Assembly (NCBI GenBank): GCA_964539615.1
Contig: CAZIJP010000002.1
Span: 1 to 59,681 of the forward strand
Reading direction: 5' to 3'
Source: an uncultured bacterium
GTDB taxonomy: Bacteria; Macinerneyibacteriota; Macinerneyibacteria; Macinerneyibacteriales; CAYRFE01
Length of the DNA: 59,681 bases
This document shows positions 17,598-26,609 of this stretch, in pieces. The first letter of the stretch is position 1, and each line of letters opens with the position of its first letter. The translations under genes and the position numbers were made by a program. Below the pieces are notes generated by a model that saw only the letters and a program-made list of their open reading frames with translations, was not told the DNA's origin and ran no database searches.

Positions 17598-18104
17598 ATG
17601 AGATTTGACCTGAGAGCAGTAAATGAGCACCCTCGCCATTTTCGGGAACTATTTTCTGTAGATGTGCCTGAGATAGAAAAGCCGACGGAAGTGGAATGTA
17701 CAATTCAGCTTCAAGGTGATTCATATATACTTGACGGAACGGTTTCGATAGTGTATAACCTTGTCTGTGCCAGATGTCTTGTACCGTTTTCTCGGAACGA
17801 AACGGTGCCGTTGCATGTTCTAATAAAGAAGGGCATAGCACCGGACAAACAGGACAATGCTGATGATGAGACAGATGTTGTGTATTTATCAGCTGACGAC
17901 GATGTGGATATTTCGGAATATCTTCGAGGAGAGATCCTTCTTGATATACCGGTAAAAGCAGTGTGTTCTGAAGAATGCAAGGGAATGTGCCCCGTTTGCG
18001 GGACAAACCTTAATGAGAAGCAATGTCATTGCTCTCATGCTGCAATTGATGCGAAATGGGCAAAACTGAATGAGATTAAAAGGGAACTTTACGGAGGTGA
18101 CTGA
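17598..18104 (+). CDS. yceD: YceD/DUF177 family protein (large-subunit rRNA accumulation protein)
   Basis: 168 aa, in the conserved position upstream of rpmF. C-terminal Cys cluster 'CSEECKGMCPVCGTNLNEKQCHC'. Confidence 0.85.
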   Translation: MRFDLRAVNEHPRHFRELFSVDVPEIEKPTEVECTIQLQGDSYILDGTVSIVYNLVCARCLVPFSRNETVPLHVLIKKGIAPDKQDNADDETDVVYLSADDDVDISEYLRGEILLDIPVKAVCSEECKGMCPVCGTNLNEKQCHCSHAAIDAKWAKLNEIKRELYGGD

Positions 18105-18107
18105 GTT

Positions 18108-18287
18108 ATGGCAAATCCAAAACGCAGAGCGTCAAAACAGAGAAAACATAAACGGAGAACTCACTGGAAGCTGAGCGCTCCCGAGTTCGTTAAATGTGAT
18201 AATTGCGGCGAAATGAAACGCCCGCATCGCATTTGCGAAGCATGCGGTTTTTATAACGGCAAAAAGATCATCGCTGTCGGGGAATAA
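18108..18287 (+). CDS. rpmF: 50S ribosomal protein L32 (below the ORF-track size cutoff)
   Basis: My own translation gives 59 aa: '[59 protein letters not shown]'. It has the typical L32 N-terminus and a CxxC...CxxC zinc ribbon. The TAA stop shares its last A with the fabH ATG. Confidence 0.93.
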   Translation: MANPKRRASKQRKHKRRTHWKLSAPEFVKCDNCGEMKRPHRICEACGFYNGKKIIAVGE

Positions 18288-19282
18288 TGATTACCCCTCG
18301 GGCGAAGATTATCGGGACAGGATCGTATCTTCCTGAAAAAGTGCTTACCAATTTAGATCTTGAAAAAATGGTAGATACTACTGATGAGTGGATACGGACC
18401 AGAACCGGTATACAAGAACGCCATATTGCCGCTCCTGAACAGGCCGCTTCTGACTTATCAAAAATAGCCTTGGAGCGTGCTTTGATTTCAGCAGGAATAA
18501 CTGCAGAGGATCTTGATTTTATCATTGTTGCGACAGTATGCCCGGATACGACGTTTCCGTCAACCGCGTGTATTCTGCAAAACAAAATAGGCGCTCGTAC
18601 CATTCCGGCTGTTGATATAACGGCAGCGTGTTCAGGTTTTATGTACGGCTTAACGATGGCAAAAGCATTTATTGAGAGCGGAGCTTATAAAACAATAGCC
18701 GTGATCGGTGTAGAGCTGCTTACCCGTTATACTGACTGGAAAGACCGTGACACATGTGTGCTTTTCGGTGACGGAGCAGGTGTTGCGATCCTTCAGGCCA
18801 ATACTGACGAGAATGATACAAGCTGTATAGTGTCTACGCACTTGGCGGCAGACGGCAGTCTTAATCATCTCATCATCAAAGAAGCCGAGGGAAGCAGGAA
18901 TCCCGCAAGTCACGAAACCGTTGATGCAGGTATGCATTATATAAAAATGGAAGGGCGTGAAGTTTTCAGACATGCCGTCCGTTCAATGTTATCGGTTGCG
19001 GAAGAAGCGTTGAAAAGCGCAAATCTTCAAGAAGCCGATGTTGATTGGATCATTACACATCAGGCAAATATTCGCATAATCGAATCTCTTGCTGAACGCT
19101 TGAGTATTCCTCGCGACCGCGTATTCGTTAATATCGAAAAATGCGGAAATACATCTGCGGCATCCATTCCTATAGCACTTGACGAAATGAATAGTAAAGG
19201 TATGCTTAAAAAGGGATCTGTAATCCTGACGGCCGCTTTTGGTGGTGGATTGACCTCTGGGTCTGTAATCATAAGGTGGTGA
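18287..19282 (+). CDS. fabH: 3-oxoacyl-ACP synthase III
   Basis: 331 aa. 'TSDEWI'-type motif 'TTDEWIRTRTGIQERH', active-site Cys 'AACSGFMYGL', 'HQANIRII', 'GNTSAASIPIAL'. Confidence 0.93.
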   Translation: MITPRAKIIGTGSYLPEKVLTNLDLEKMVDTTDEWIRTRTGIQERHIAAPEQAASDLSKIALERALISAGITAEDLDFIIVATVCPDTTFPSTACILQNKIGARTIPAVDITAACSGFMYGLTMAKAFIESGAYKTIAVIGVELLTRYTDWKDRDTCVLFGDGAGVAILQANTDENDTSCIVSTHLAADGSLNHLIIKEAEGSRNPASHETVDAGMHYIKMEGREVFRHAVRSMLSVAEEALKSANLQEADVDWIITHQANIRIIESLAERLSIPRDRVFVNIEKCGNTSAASIPIALDEMNSKGMLKKGSVILTAAFGGGLTSGSVIIRW

Positions 19283-19287
19283 AAAAA

Positions 19288-20211
19288 ATGTGTAAAGCAT
19301 TTTTGTTTTCGGGACAGGGCTCTCAGTATGTCGGTATGGGAAAAGATCTGTATGAAAATTTTCCTGTGTTCCGTGATCTTGTCGAACGAGCCGGTCATGT
19401 ATTGAAAAGAAATTTAAAAACAATTATATTTGATGGACCTGAAGATGTATTAACGATGACCAATAATGCACAACCTGCGTTGTTGACTATGGATTACGGC
19501 ATCTATGCTATCTTGGAAGAAATGAACCTGACTCACGGGGCAAAGTTTATGGCAGGGCACAGTCTCGGCGAGTATGCCGCTCTTGTGGCTGCTGGGGTTT
19601 TATCGTTTGAAGACGCAATGTATATCGTTGATAAACGTGGTGAGCTTATGGCGCTCGCCGGTGAGGAAGAACCGGGGACCATGGCAGCTATCATGGGTCT
19701 TGATATGCATTTGATCGCATCTATCTGCGCTGGGCATGAGATCGATGTGGCAAATTTCAATTATGCTGAACAGATCGTTATCTCCGGACGTGTAGATAAT
19801 GTTTTGCAAGCAATGGAAAGTTGCAAATCACACGGTGCTAAGCGTGTGGTACAATTGAATGTATCAGGGGCATTTCACTCGCGGTTAATGAAAAATTCCG
19901 GTGCAATTTTAGCGGAAACGATTAAACAAGTGCCGTTCAACATGCCAAAAACACCCATTATCATGAATGTGGTTGGTGAACCCGTTAAGGATCCGGCAAT
20001 GATCCGTAAGTATTTGATCGCTCAAGTTAGTTCTCCGGTCAAATGGCTTCACAGCATGGAGCATATGGTAAAACATGATGTTACTCATTTTATAGAATGC
20101 GGCCCGAAGAATGTCTTGGCCGGTATGGTTCGCCGTATCGATGGTGATGTTACTGCATATTCTACCGATACGATTGGAACGATACGATCTCTCTCCGAGG
20201 TTTTGGTATGA
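19288..20211 (+). CDS. fabD: Malonyl-CoA:ACP transacylase
   Basis: 'AFLFSGQGSQYVGMG', active-site 'AGHSLGEYAALVAAG', 'VSGAFHS'. ATG 19288 lies 8 nt after AAGGTGG. The track start GTG 19276 is in the same frame. Confidence 0.93.
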   Translation: MCKAFLFSGQGSQYVGMGKDLYENFPVFRDLVERAGHVLKRNLKTIIFDGPEDVLTMTNNAQPALLTMDYGIYAILEEMNLTHGAKFMAGHSLGEYAALVAAGVLSFEDAMYIVDKRGELMALAGEEEPGTMAAIMGLDMHLIASICAGHEIDVANFNYAEQIVISGRVDNVLQAMESCKSHGAKRVVQLNVSGAFHSRLMKNSGAILAETIKQVPFNMPKTPIIMNVVGEPVKDPAMIRKYLIAQVSSPVKWLHSMEHMVKHDVTHFIECGPKNVLAGMVRRIDGDVTAYSTDTIGTIRSLSEVLV

Positions 20212-20951
20212 TTTCTCTTTCCGGTAAGACGGCATTTGTAACCGGTTCAGCACAAGGGATCGGTAAGGCAATTGCTTTGAAGTTAGCGGAAGCCGGAGCG
20301 AACATAGTGATCGGCGATGTTAATCAGGATAAGATAAACGAAACCGTTGCCGAATTGAAACAAAAAGGGTTTTCCTGTATGGGGCAAGTGTGTGATGTTA
20401 CGAAACCCGAATCGGTAGAAAGCATCATAAAGGCTGCACAGGAAACATACGGTAAAGTTGATATTCTTGTCAATAATGCCGGTATAACGCAAGATACATT
20501 GTTCATGCGTATGGAATTAGATAAATGGAACCGCGTGCTTGAGGTCAATCTTACCGGCGCTTTTAATACAACTAAAGCTTTGATCCGTGATATGGCGAAA
20601 AATCGTTTCGGCCGTGTGATCAATATTTCTTCGGTTGTTGGTGTTATCGGTAATGTCGGACAAGCCAATTATGCTGCTTCAAAGGCCGGCATGATAGGTT
20701 TTACAAAGTCCATCGCCAAAGAGTATGCACAACGTAATATTACCGTTAACGCGGTCGCTCCGGGATTTATAGAGACCGGGATGACCCATGTTCTTTCGGA
20801 AGAAGTAAAAGAGGAGTTTTTCCGTTCGATCCCGCTGAAGCGTATGGGAACCCCCGATGATGTGGCAAATGCGGTTGTCTTTTTGGCATCCGATATGTCT
20901 GCCTATATCACCGGTCAGGTAATTCACGTTGACGGCGGAATGGTTATGTGA
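20208..20951 (+). CDS. fabG: 3-oxoacyl-ACP reductase
   Basis: 247 aa SDR. 'VTGSAQGIGKAIA', 'NNAGIT', 'YAASKAGMIGFTKSIAKE', 'ITGQVIHVDGGM'. ATGA overlap with fabD. Confidence 0.93.
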   Translation: MISLSGKTAFVTGSAQGIGKAIALKLAEAGANIVIGDVNQDKINETVAELKQKGFSCMGQVCDVTKPESVESIIKAAQETYGKVDILVNNAGITQDTLFMRMELDKWNRVLEVNLTGAFNTTKALIRDMAKNRFGRVINISSVVGVIGNVGQANYAASKAGMIGFTKSIAKEYAQRNITVNAVAPGFIETGMTHVLSEEVKEEFFRSIPLKRMGTPDDVANAVVFLASDMSAYITGQVIHVDGGMVM

Positions 20952-20973
20952 ATAAACCAAGGAGGTGTGTTCG

Positions 20974-21213
20974 ATGAACGCAGAAATACTGAAAAAAGTA
21001 CAGGAAATCGTTGCTAATCAGTTGGGTAAAGAAGCTGGCCAAATAGGTGAGACCGCATCATTTATTGATGACCTCGGCGCTGATTCTTTGGATACGATGG
21101 AACTCATTCTTGCATTTGAAGACGAGTTTGGTTTTAAAATTCCGGATGAAGATGCGGAAAAAATCAAAACTGTTAAAGATGCAGTTGAGTACATCGAAAA
21201 AAATAAAAAATAA
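20974..21213 (+). CDS. acpP: Acyl carrier protein
   Basis: Phosphopantetheine site '[21 protein letters not shown]'. ATG 20974 lies 8 nt after AAGGAGG. Confidence 0.95.
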   Translation: MNAEILKKVQEIVANQLGKEAGQIGETASFIDDLGADSLDTMELILAFEDEFGFKIPDEDAEKIKTVKDAVEYIEKNKK

Positions 21214-21222
21214 TGGTTTTTG

Positions 21223-21262
21223 TACGGCGGCTGGCAAGTGTGTTCCCCCGCCGTATTTTTTT
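21223..21262 (+). terminator. Probable Rho-independent terminator/attenuator after acpP
   Basis: Stem TACGGCGG (21223-21230) pairs with CCGCCGTA (21248-21255) across a 17-nt loop, followed by T7. Confidence 0.6.
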
Positions 21263-21297
21263 ATCAATCGACTGATTAATAAACAGGAGGATTCATT

Positions 21298-22536
21298 ATG
21301 AAAAAGCGCGTTGTCATTACCGGTATGGGGGCTGTGTCACCAGTAGGTAATGAATTGAATGATATATGGGCTAATCTTCTGGCAGGAAAATCCGGCGTAC
21401 GATTAATAGACAGTTATGAAGATCCGGATATTTACTCAAAAATAGCAGGATTGGTCAATGACTTCTCTACGGATGGGTATATTGATCCGAAAGAAGCCCG
21501 GAGAATGGATCTTTTCATTCAATACGGTCTAGTTGCCGGAATCAAGGCATTTCGTGATTCCGGGTTGGTCATTAATGAAAAAAATACCGATCGTGTCGGC
21601 GTGATCGTCAGCTCAGGTATCGGAGGTATGGGAACATTTTCCAAACAGCATGAGATATTAATGACAAAGGGCGCAAGCCGCATATCGCCGTTCTTTGTTC
21701 CGATGCTTATTCCGAATATACTTTCAGGATATTTATCAATAAATATCGGTGCTAAAGGGCCGAATCTATGTGTAGTAACCGCTTGTGCATCAGGAACCCA
21801 TTCCATCGGGGAAGCATTTAAAATTATTCAGCGCGGCGATGCTGATGCGATGCTTGCTGGTGGAGCAGAGGCTCCGGTTCTTCCTATCGGAGTGGGTGGC
21901 TTTTGTGCGTTGAAAGCGCTATCGGCACGTAATGATGAACCTACTCGGGCATCACGTCCGTTCGACAAGGACCGTGACGGTTTTGTCATAGCCGAAGGTG
22001 CCGGAGTTCTAATGCTTGAAGATTATGAACACGCAAAAGCTCGTGGGGCAAAGATTTATGCCGAAATAGTCGGTTACGGTTTAAGCGGAGATGCGTATCA
22101 TATCACTGCACCTCAGGATACCGGAGACGGTGCGATCCGTGCTATGAAAATGGCAATTCAGGATGCAGGTATTAAACCTGAAGATCTCCAGTATATCAAT
22201 GCTCATGGCACTTCGACTGACCTCAATGATCCGATCGAGACCCGTGCGATCAAGGCCGTATTTGGAAATCATGCTCAAAAATTATTGATCAATTCGAGTA
22301 AGTCAATGTCAGGTCATATGTTGGGTGCAGCGGGCGGTTTTGAAGCGATCGTTATGGCGTTAAGTATAAAAAACAATAAAGTTCATCAGACATTGAACTT
22401 AGAAAATCCGGATCCGGAGTGCGATTTGAACTATGTGCCGGGATCTCCAATGAATTGTGAGATTCAGTATGCTCTTTCTACATCACTCGGCTTTGGCGGG
22501 CATAACGGAGTAGTGCTATTTAAGAAATATGAGTAA
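21298..22536 (+). CDS. fabF: 3-oxoacyl-ACP synthase II
   Basis: 412 aa. 'RVVITGMGAVSPVGN', active-site 'TACASGTHSIGEA', 'NAHGTSTDLND', 'SMSGHMLGAAG', 'GFGGHN'. Confidence 0.95.
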   Translation: MKKRVVITGMGAVSPVGNELNDIWANLLAGKSGVRLIDSYEDPDIYSKIAGLVNDFSTDGYIDPKEARRMDLFIQYGLVAGIKAFRDSGLVINEKNTDRVGVIVSSGIGGMGTFSKQHEILMTKGASRISPFFVPMLIPNILSGYLSINIGAKGPNLCVVTACASGTHSIGEAFKIIQRGDADAMLAGGAEAPVLPIGVGGFCALKALSARNDEPTRASRPFDKDRDGFVIAEGAGVLMLEDYEHAKARGAKIYAEIVGYGLSGDAYHITAPQDTGDGAIRAMKMAIQDAGIKPEDLQYINAHGTSTDLNDPIETRAIKAVFGNHAQKLLINSSKSMSGHMLGAAGGFEAIVMALSIKNNKVHQTLNLENPDPECDLNYVPGSPMNCEIQYALSTSLGFGGHNGVVLFKKYE

Positions 22537-23212
22537 CGGAGAATCTTTCGAACGTGATTTTCAATTGACATTTAAAAACAGGGCGCTTCTTGAGAGCGCC
22601 CTTTCTCATAGGTCTTGTAAAGACAGCCCTTTTGGTCACAACGAACGGTTAGAGTTTTTAGGTGATGCAGTAGCCGGTCTTGTGATCAATGAATTTCTGT
22701 TCACATCCACCGATAAAAGCGAAGGCGATATGGCCAAGATAAAGGGTATGGCTGCAGGACGAGTGCTCATGGCTGAAATTGCACATGAGATTCATCTTGA
22801 ACGTTATGTATATGCTGGAAAAAGTGAACTACAACATGGATTACAGAATACCATTCTTGCAAATGTGCTTGAAGCTGTTATAGGAGCGATCTATCTCGAT
22901 AAAGGCTTAGAGGCCGCTTCAGCATTTATACATCGGTTTTGGAGAGATAAGCTTGATGTGTTGATTTCCGGTTCGTATGATGATCACAAGTCAGCCTTGC
23001 AGGAATACCTTCAAAAACGCGGATTTCCTATTCCCGAATATCAGGTTTATAATGAATCTGGCCCTCCGAATAATCGAATGTTTTTTGTTCATTGCCTGCT
23101 TTCCGGTAAGATCACAAGCTCAGCGGAGGGATCGAGTAAAAAACGTGCCGAAATGGAAGCTGCACGCTTGGCATTACAGCAATTACTAGCTGATGAAAAT
23201 AAAACACACTGA
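22529..23212 (+). CDS. rnc: Ribonuclease III
   Basis: 227 aa. Signature 'NERLEFLGDAV', 'LANVLEAVIGAIYLD', and a C-terminal dsRBD 'KSALQEYLQKRG...GSSKKRAEMEAAR'. Overlaps the fabF end by 8 nt. Confidence 0.92.
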   Translation: MSNGESFERDFQLTFKNRALLESALSHRSCKDSPFGHNERLEFLGDAVAGLVINEFLFTSTDKSEGDMAKIKGMAAGRVLMAEIAHEIHLERYVYAGKSELQHGLQNTILANVLEAVIGAIYLDKGLEAASAFIHRFWRDKLDVLISGSYDDHKSALQEYLQKRGFPIPEYQVYNESGPPNNRMFFVHCLLSGKITSSAEGSSKKRAEMEAARLALQQLLADENKTH

Positions 23213-24140
23213 TGTAATAATCCCGTTCTTTATCCCCTTTGAGGGTTGCACATATACGTGTGTGTATTGCGATCAACGAAAAATCAGTAATTCAAATACT
23301 CCCGATATAGAACGAACGCTCAATGATTATTTCACCCGTCATCCGGATACCGGTAATACTATAGAAGCGGCTTTTTTTGGCGGGACATTTACCTGCCTGC
23401 CGATCGAACAACAAGAACGGTATTTATCGCAAGTTAAACCTTTTGTCGAGAACGGCTTGATTTCCGGCATTAGATGTTCTACGCGACCGGATGGGTTTGC
23501 ACAAGCTGATTTCTCGTTCTATAAAGAGAATGGGTTGACCCATTTTGAGTTGGGTGTTCAATCATTTGATCCTCGTTATTTATCGTTTCTCGGACGAAAT
23601 TATACTCTTGAAGATATAGCACAGGCTATTGAATTGATAATGCAACATGATTGCACTTTCGGCATACAGCTCATGTGTGCGTTTCCTGCGCAAACCGGGG
23701 AAGATTTCATGCAGGATATTCAAATGCTGATCCGCTATCAACCCGTCGATTGCCGATTATATCCGCTTGCGGTGATAGAAGGCACAGCGCTCGCTCGTCA
23801 CTATCACGACGAACCGTTCGCTGTCCCTCCCCTGGAAACGGTCGTTTCGTGGCTTGCTGAAGCTGCATTCGCTATAGAAATGAATGATATAACCATTCTT
23901 CGTATGGGTTTGCCGCATTCAGTTGAATTGGCTGCTTCCGTGATCGGCGGAACATATCACCCGTCGCTTGCCGATCTTGTTCGGTATGAACAAATTAAAC
24001 GATCTCTCGATGATGTTGGAGCGGTATCTCATATTACCGTGCATCCGAAAGACGAGCAGTATGCCAGGAAGATATTATCAGAGCGTTCGATAAAGATATT
24101 CGTAAGCGAAACCGTTCAACGAGGGAAGCTTATTTATTAA
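23193..24140 (+). CDS. Radical SAM protein (ELP3/TIGR01212-like class; exact function unknown)
   Basis: 315 aa. CxxxCxxC cluster near the N-terminus, 'GCTYTCVYCDQRK', then 'FFGGTFT' and 'ELGVQSFD'. Overlaps the rnc end by 20 nt. Confidence 0.8.
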   Translation: MKIKHTDVIIPFFIPFEGCTYTCVYCDQRKISNSNTPDIERTLNDYFTRHPDTGNTIEAAFFGGTFTCLPIEQQERYLSQVKPFVENGLISGIRCSTRPDGFAQADFSFYKENGLTHFELGVQSFDPRYLSFLGRNYTLEDIAQAIELIMQHDCTFGIQLMCAFPAQTGEDFMQDIQMLIRYQPVDCRLYPLAVIEGTALARHYHDEPFAVPPLETVVSWLAEAAFAIEMNDITILRMGLPHSVELAASVIGGTYHPSLADLVRYEQIKRSLDDVGAVSHITVHPKDEQYARKILSERSIKIFVSETVQRGKLIY

Positions 24141-24258
24141 TTCATACTGTTGTTAAGTTATGCAATCGGTATTTTTGCCTGAGAGCGTTCAAAAGCTTAA
24201 AACTAATGACTGATAAAATTCATAGGAAATGGAATGATAAAAGGTATATTACACCTTC

Positions 24259-24287
24259 TTGACTTTTAATACCTCCGATGCTATCAT
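24259..24287 (+). promoter_or_regulatory. Sigma70-like promoter TTGACT-17 nt-TATCAT
   Basis: TTGACT at 24259-24264 and TATCAT at 24282-24287. AGGAGG RBS at 24303-24308 and ATG at 24314. Confidence 0.45.
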
Positions 24288-24313
24288 GAAACTGAAGTAT
24301 TTAGGAGGTTATT

Positions 24314-24565
24314 ATGAAGGAAATTCGTGTACTGGGCATTCTGGTGACCGACCGTATCGCCGAAGCCGGACAGGTTCAGCAGGTGTTGACAAAATACGGA
24401 TGCAATATCAAGACACGTATCGGTCTCCATGAAGTTGACGATAACCAGTGCAGCAAAAACGGTCTTATCCTTATCGAACTTTGCGGTCAAAGTAGTGACT
24501 GGGACCTTATTGAAAAAGACCTGGCCAAAATTGACGGTATAAAAACACAAAAGATGTCGTTTTAA
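24314..24565 (+). CDS. Small ACT-like protein resembling the TM1266 'iron-only hydrogenase system regulator' family
   Basis: 83 aa, 'IRVLGILVTDRIAEAGQVQQVLTKYGCNIKTRIGLH...GLILIELCG...LAKIDGIKTQK'. The pattern matches my recollection of that family. It has not been verified by a search. Confidence 0.5.
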   Translation: MKEIRVLGILVTDRIAEAGQVQQVLTKYGCNIKTRIGLHEVDDNQCSKNGLILIELCGQSSDWDLIEKDLAKIDGIKTQKMSF

Positions 24566-24566
24566 C

Positions 24567-24596
24567 TGGAAAGCGGGAAGTCCGCTTTTCCATTTT
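24567..24596 (+). terminator. Rho-independent terminator
   Basis: Stem TGGAAAGCGG pairs with CCGCTTTTCCA (one bulged T) across a GAAGT loop, then TTTT. Confidence 0.55.
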
Positions 24597-24615
24597 ACAT
24601 CATGAAAGATTTAGA

Positions 24616-25422
24616 ATGGTGCATATTTTTATAAATGAACATATGAAGGAAGTAGCGGATTCATCGACGGTCTTTTCAGTTCGTGATTCCGTAAAACCCG
24701 ATGCTGATATCGTGATCTATAACGGCTTTCCTATCGCACAAAATTGCCAGTTACGGGATAATGATACGCTTGTGTTCATCAAACGTGGTGAGATGCCGCA
24801 TCCTGATGAATTGGATGCGTTATTGACCGCACGGCACACGCCGTTTGTGCATGAGAAATTAAAACATGCAATTGTCGGGATAGCCGGATGTGGCGGATTG
24901 GGTTCTACTATTGCCGTCGCACTTGCACGAAGCGGGATCGGCTCGTTGATACTTGCGGATTTTGACGTGGTTGAACCGTCAAATCTCAACCGGCAGCAGT
25001 TTTTTATCGATCAAATCGGGATGCATAAAGTTGAAGCCCTGCGGCAAACCATTCAGCGTGTCAATCCGAATGTGACGATACGGTTATTTCAGGGAATGGT
25101 TACAGAAGATAATTGTGCCGACGTTTTCGCCGGTGCCTCGGTGATCGTTGAAGCGTTTGATAAAGCGGAATACAAATCCCGACTTGTTAATCATATATTG
25201 ACAACCATGCCCGGTATCTTTATAGTAGCGGGGAACGGTATGGCAGGATATGGGCCGAATGATGCTATCGTCACGCAAAAGATCGGTTCGCATTTTTTTG
25301 TATGCGGAGACGGAGTATCTGAGGCACAGCCCGGGAGCGGTCTAATGGCTCCGCGGGTCGGTATTTGCGCTCATGAGCAGGCCAATCAGGTTTTGAGGAT
25401 CATTTTAGGAGAGGATGTATGA
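24616..25422 (+). CDS. thiF: ThiF/MoeB-type E1-like adenylyltransferase with an N-terminal ThiS-like (beta-grasp) domain
   Basis: 268 aa. The N-terminal roughly 60 aa are ThiS-like: 'IFINEHMKEVADSSTVFSVRD...IVIYNGFPIAQNCQLRDNDTLVFIKRG'. The rest is ThiF-like: 'IVGIAGCGGLGSTIAVALARSGIGSLILADFDVVEPSNLNRQ'. Confidence 0.8.
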   Translation: MVHIFINEHMKEVADSSTVFSVRDSVKPDADIVIYNGFPIAQNCQLRDNDTLVFIKRGEMPHPDELDALLTARHTPFVHEKLKHAIVGIAGCGGLGSTIAVALARSGIGSLILADFDVVEPSNLNRQQFFIDQIGMHKVEALRQTIQRVNPNVTIRLFQGMVTEDNCADVFAGASVIVEAFDKAEYKSRLVNHILTTMPGIFIVAGNGMAGYGPNDAIVTQKIGSHFFVCGDGVSEAQPGSGLMAPRVGICAHEQANQVLRIILGEDV

Positions 25423-25563
25423 ACGATTCTATTTCCATATATTGTTTCACGTTATTTCGCATCGGTCATTCGACCGGTTGTTGGCGTACGCGCCGATAAA
25501 ATAATTCTTTAATAAATCTCCATTTCATGGCATACTGTTGAAAACAATAAGGAGTTGATATAT

Positions 25564-26535
25564 ATGCGTGTATTATCGGGTATTAAGCCTACAGGAAAAC
25601 TTCATTTAGGTAATTACTTCGGAGCTATCAAACAATTTTTGGAATTTCAGGAAAAATATAATGATATCTTTGTATTTGTGGCAAACTATCATGCCATCAC
25701 AACGTTACCTGATCCGAAGTTAAATCGCGAACGTACATTAGATATCATGCTCGATTATCTGGCTTTAGGATTAGATCCGAAAAAAGTGACTCTTTTTTTG
25801 CAATCCGATGTGCCGGAATTGTGTGAGCTTACATGGTTCCTGGATTGTGTGACGCCTATGGGGTTACTCGAACGCGGTCATTCATATAAAGATAAAATGG
25901 CGAAAGACGAAGCGGTGAATCACGGTGTTTTTGCTTATCCGGTGTTGATGGCTGCCGATATTCTCATTTACCAATCGAATATTGTGCCGGTAGGGAAAGA
26001 CCAGAAACAGCATATAGAGATCGCCCGCGATATAGCTATCAAATTCAATAACCAATACGGCGAGGTGTTTACCATTCCCGAAGACCGTATCGTCGAGAAT
26101 GTTGCTGTTGTTCCCGGTACCGACGGCCGTAAAATGAGCAAGAGCTATGACAACACGATCGAAGTGTTTGCAACACCGAAGAAGACAAAAGAAGCTGTGA
26201 TGCGTATCGTTACCGACTCAAAACAGCTTGAGGATCCGAAAGATCCCGATTCATGCAATGTTTTTGCATTATATAAACTGTTTGCGTCTGCGGAAGAACA
26301 AGAAGCAATGAAGGCTAACTACCGCGGCGGTAATTACGGTTACGGTCATGCAAAACTGGCGCTCAATGAAAAGGTGAATGAGTATTTTGCACCATTTCGC
26401 GAAAAACGCATGGAATTGGTCGCGCAACCCGATTATGTGGCCGATGTCGTTCATGAAGGTGCCAAAAAAGCCCGTGCAATAGCGATCGAAACTCTGAAAA
26501 AAGCGCGTGAAGCTGTAGGCATATTGGAATTATAA
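25564..26535 (+). CDS. trpS: Tryptophan--tRNA ligase
   Basis: 'SGIKPTGKLHLGNYFG' (HIGH-type motif), 'VPVGKDQKQHIE', 'KMSKS'. ATG 25564 lies 9 nt after AAGGAG. The track start TTG 25555 is in the same frame. Confidence 0.95.
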   Translation: MRVLSGIKPTGKLHLGNYFGAIKQFLEFQEKYNDIFVFVANYHAITTLPDPKLNRERTLDIMLDYLALGLDPKKVTLFLQSDVPELCELTWFLDCVTPMGLLERGHSYKDKMAKDEAVNHGVFAYPVLMAADILIYQSNIVPVGKDQKQHIEIARDIAIKFNNQYGEVFTIPEDRIVENVAVVPGTDGRKMSKSYDNTIEVFATPKKTKEAVMRIVTDSKQLEDPKDPDSCNVFALYKLFASAEEQEAMKANYRGGNYGYGHAKLALNEKVNEYFAPFREKRMELVAQPDYVADVVHEGAKKARAIAIETLKKAREAVGILEL

Positions 26536-26609
26536 GGATCACTACAGGGATGTAGCGATACGTTCCATGCACCAATTATTGTGATATAGATTGAAGTATA
26601 GAAAGGTGA

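Noticed and set aside
24141-24313. Possible TPP riboswitch upstream of the thiF-related genes (contains 'CCUGAGAG' at 24178-24185).
   Set aside because: Only the CUGAGA hexamer is present. The conserved ACCC...GAACCUGAUC...GGGA elements and the pairing partners are absent, and the next gene is the ACT-like ORF with its own promoter.
25423-25563. Possible T-box or attenuator leader upstream of trpS. Nested small hairpins are CGGTC-ATTC-GACCG at 25463-25476 and GGCG-TACG-CGCC at 25483-25494, enclosed by ATCGG/CCGAT.
   Set aside because: The gap is only about 140 nt. There is no T-box consensus (AAUUAGGGUGGUACCGCG-like), no specifier-loop architecture and no T-run after the hairpins. The stems are short (4-5 bp) and could be chance.
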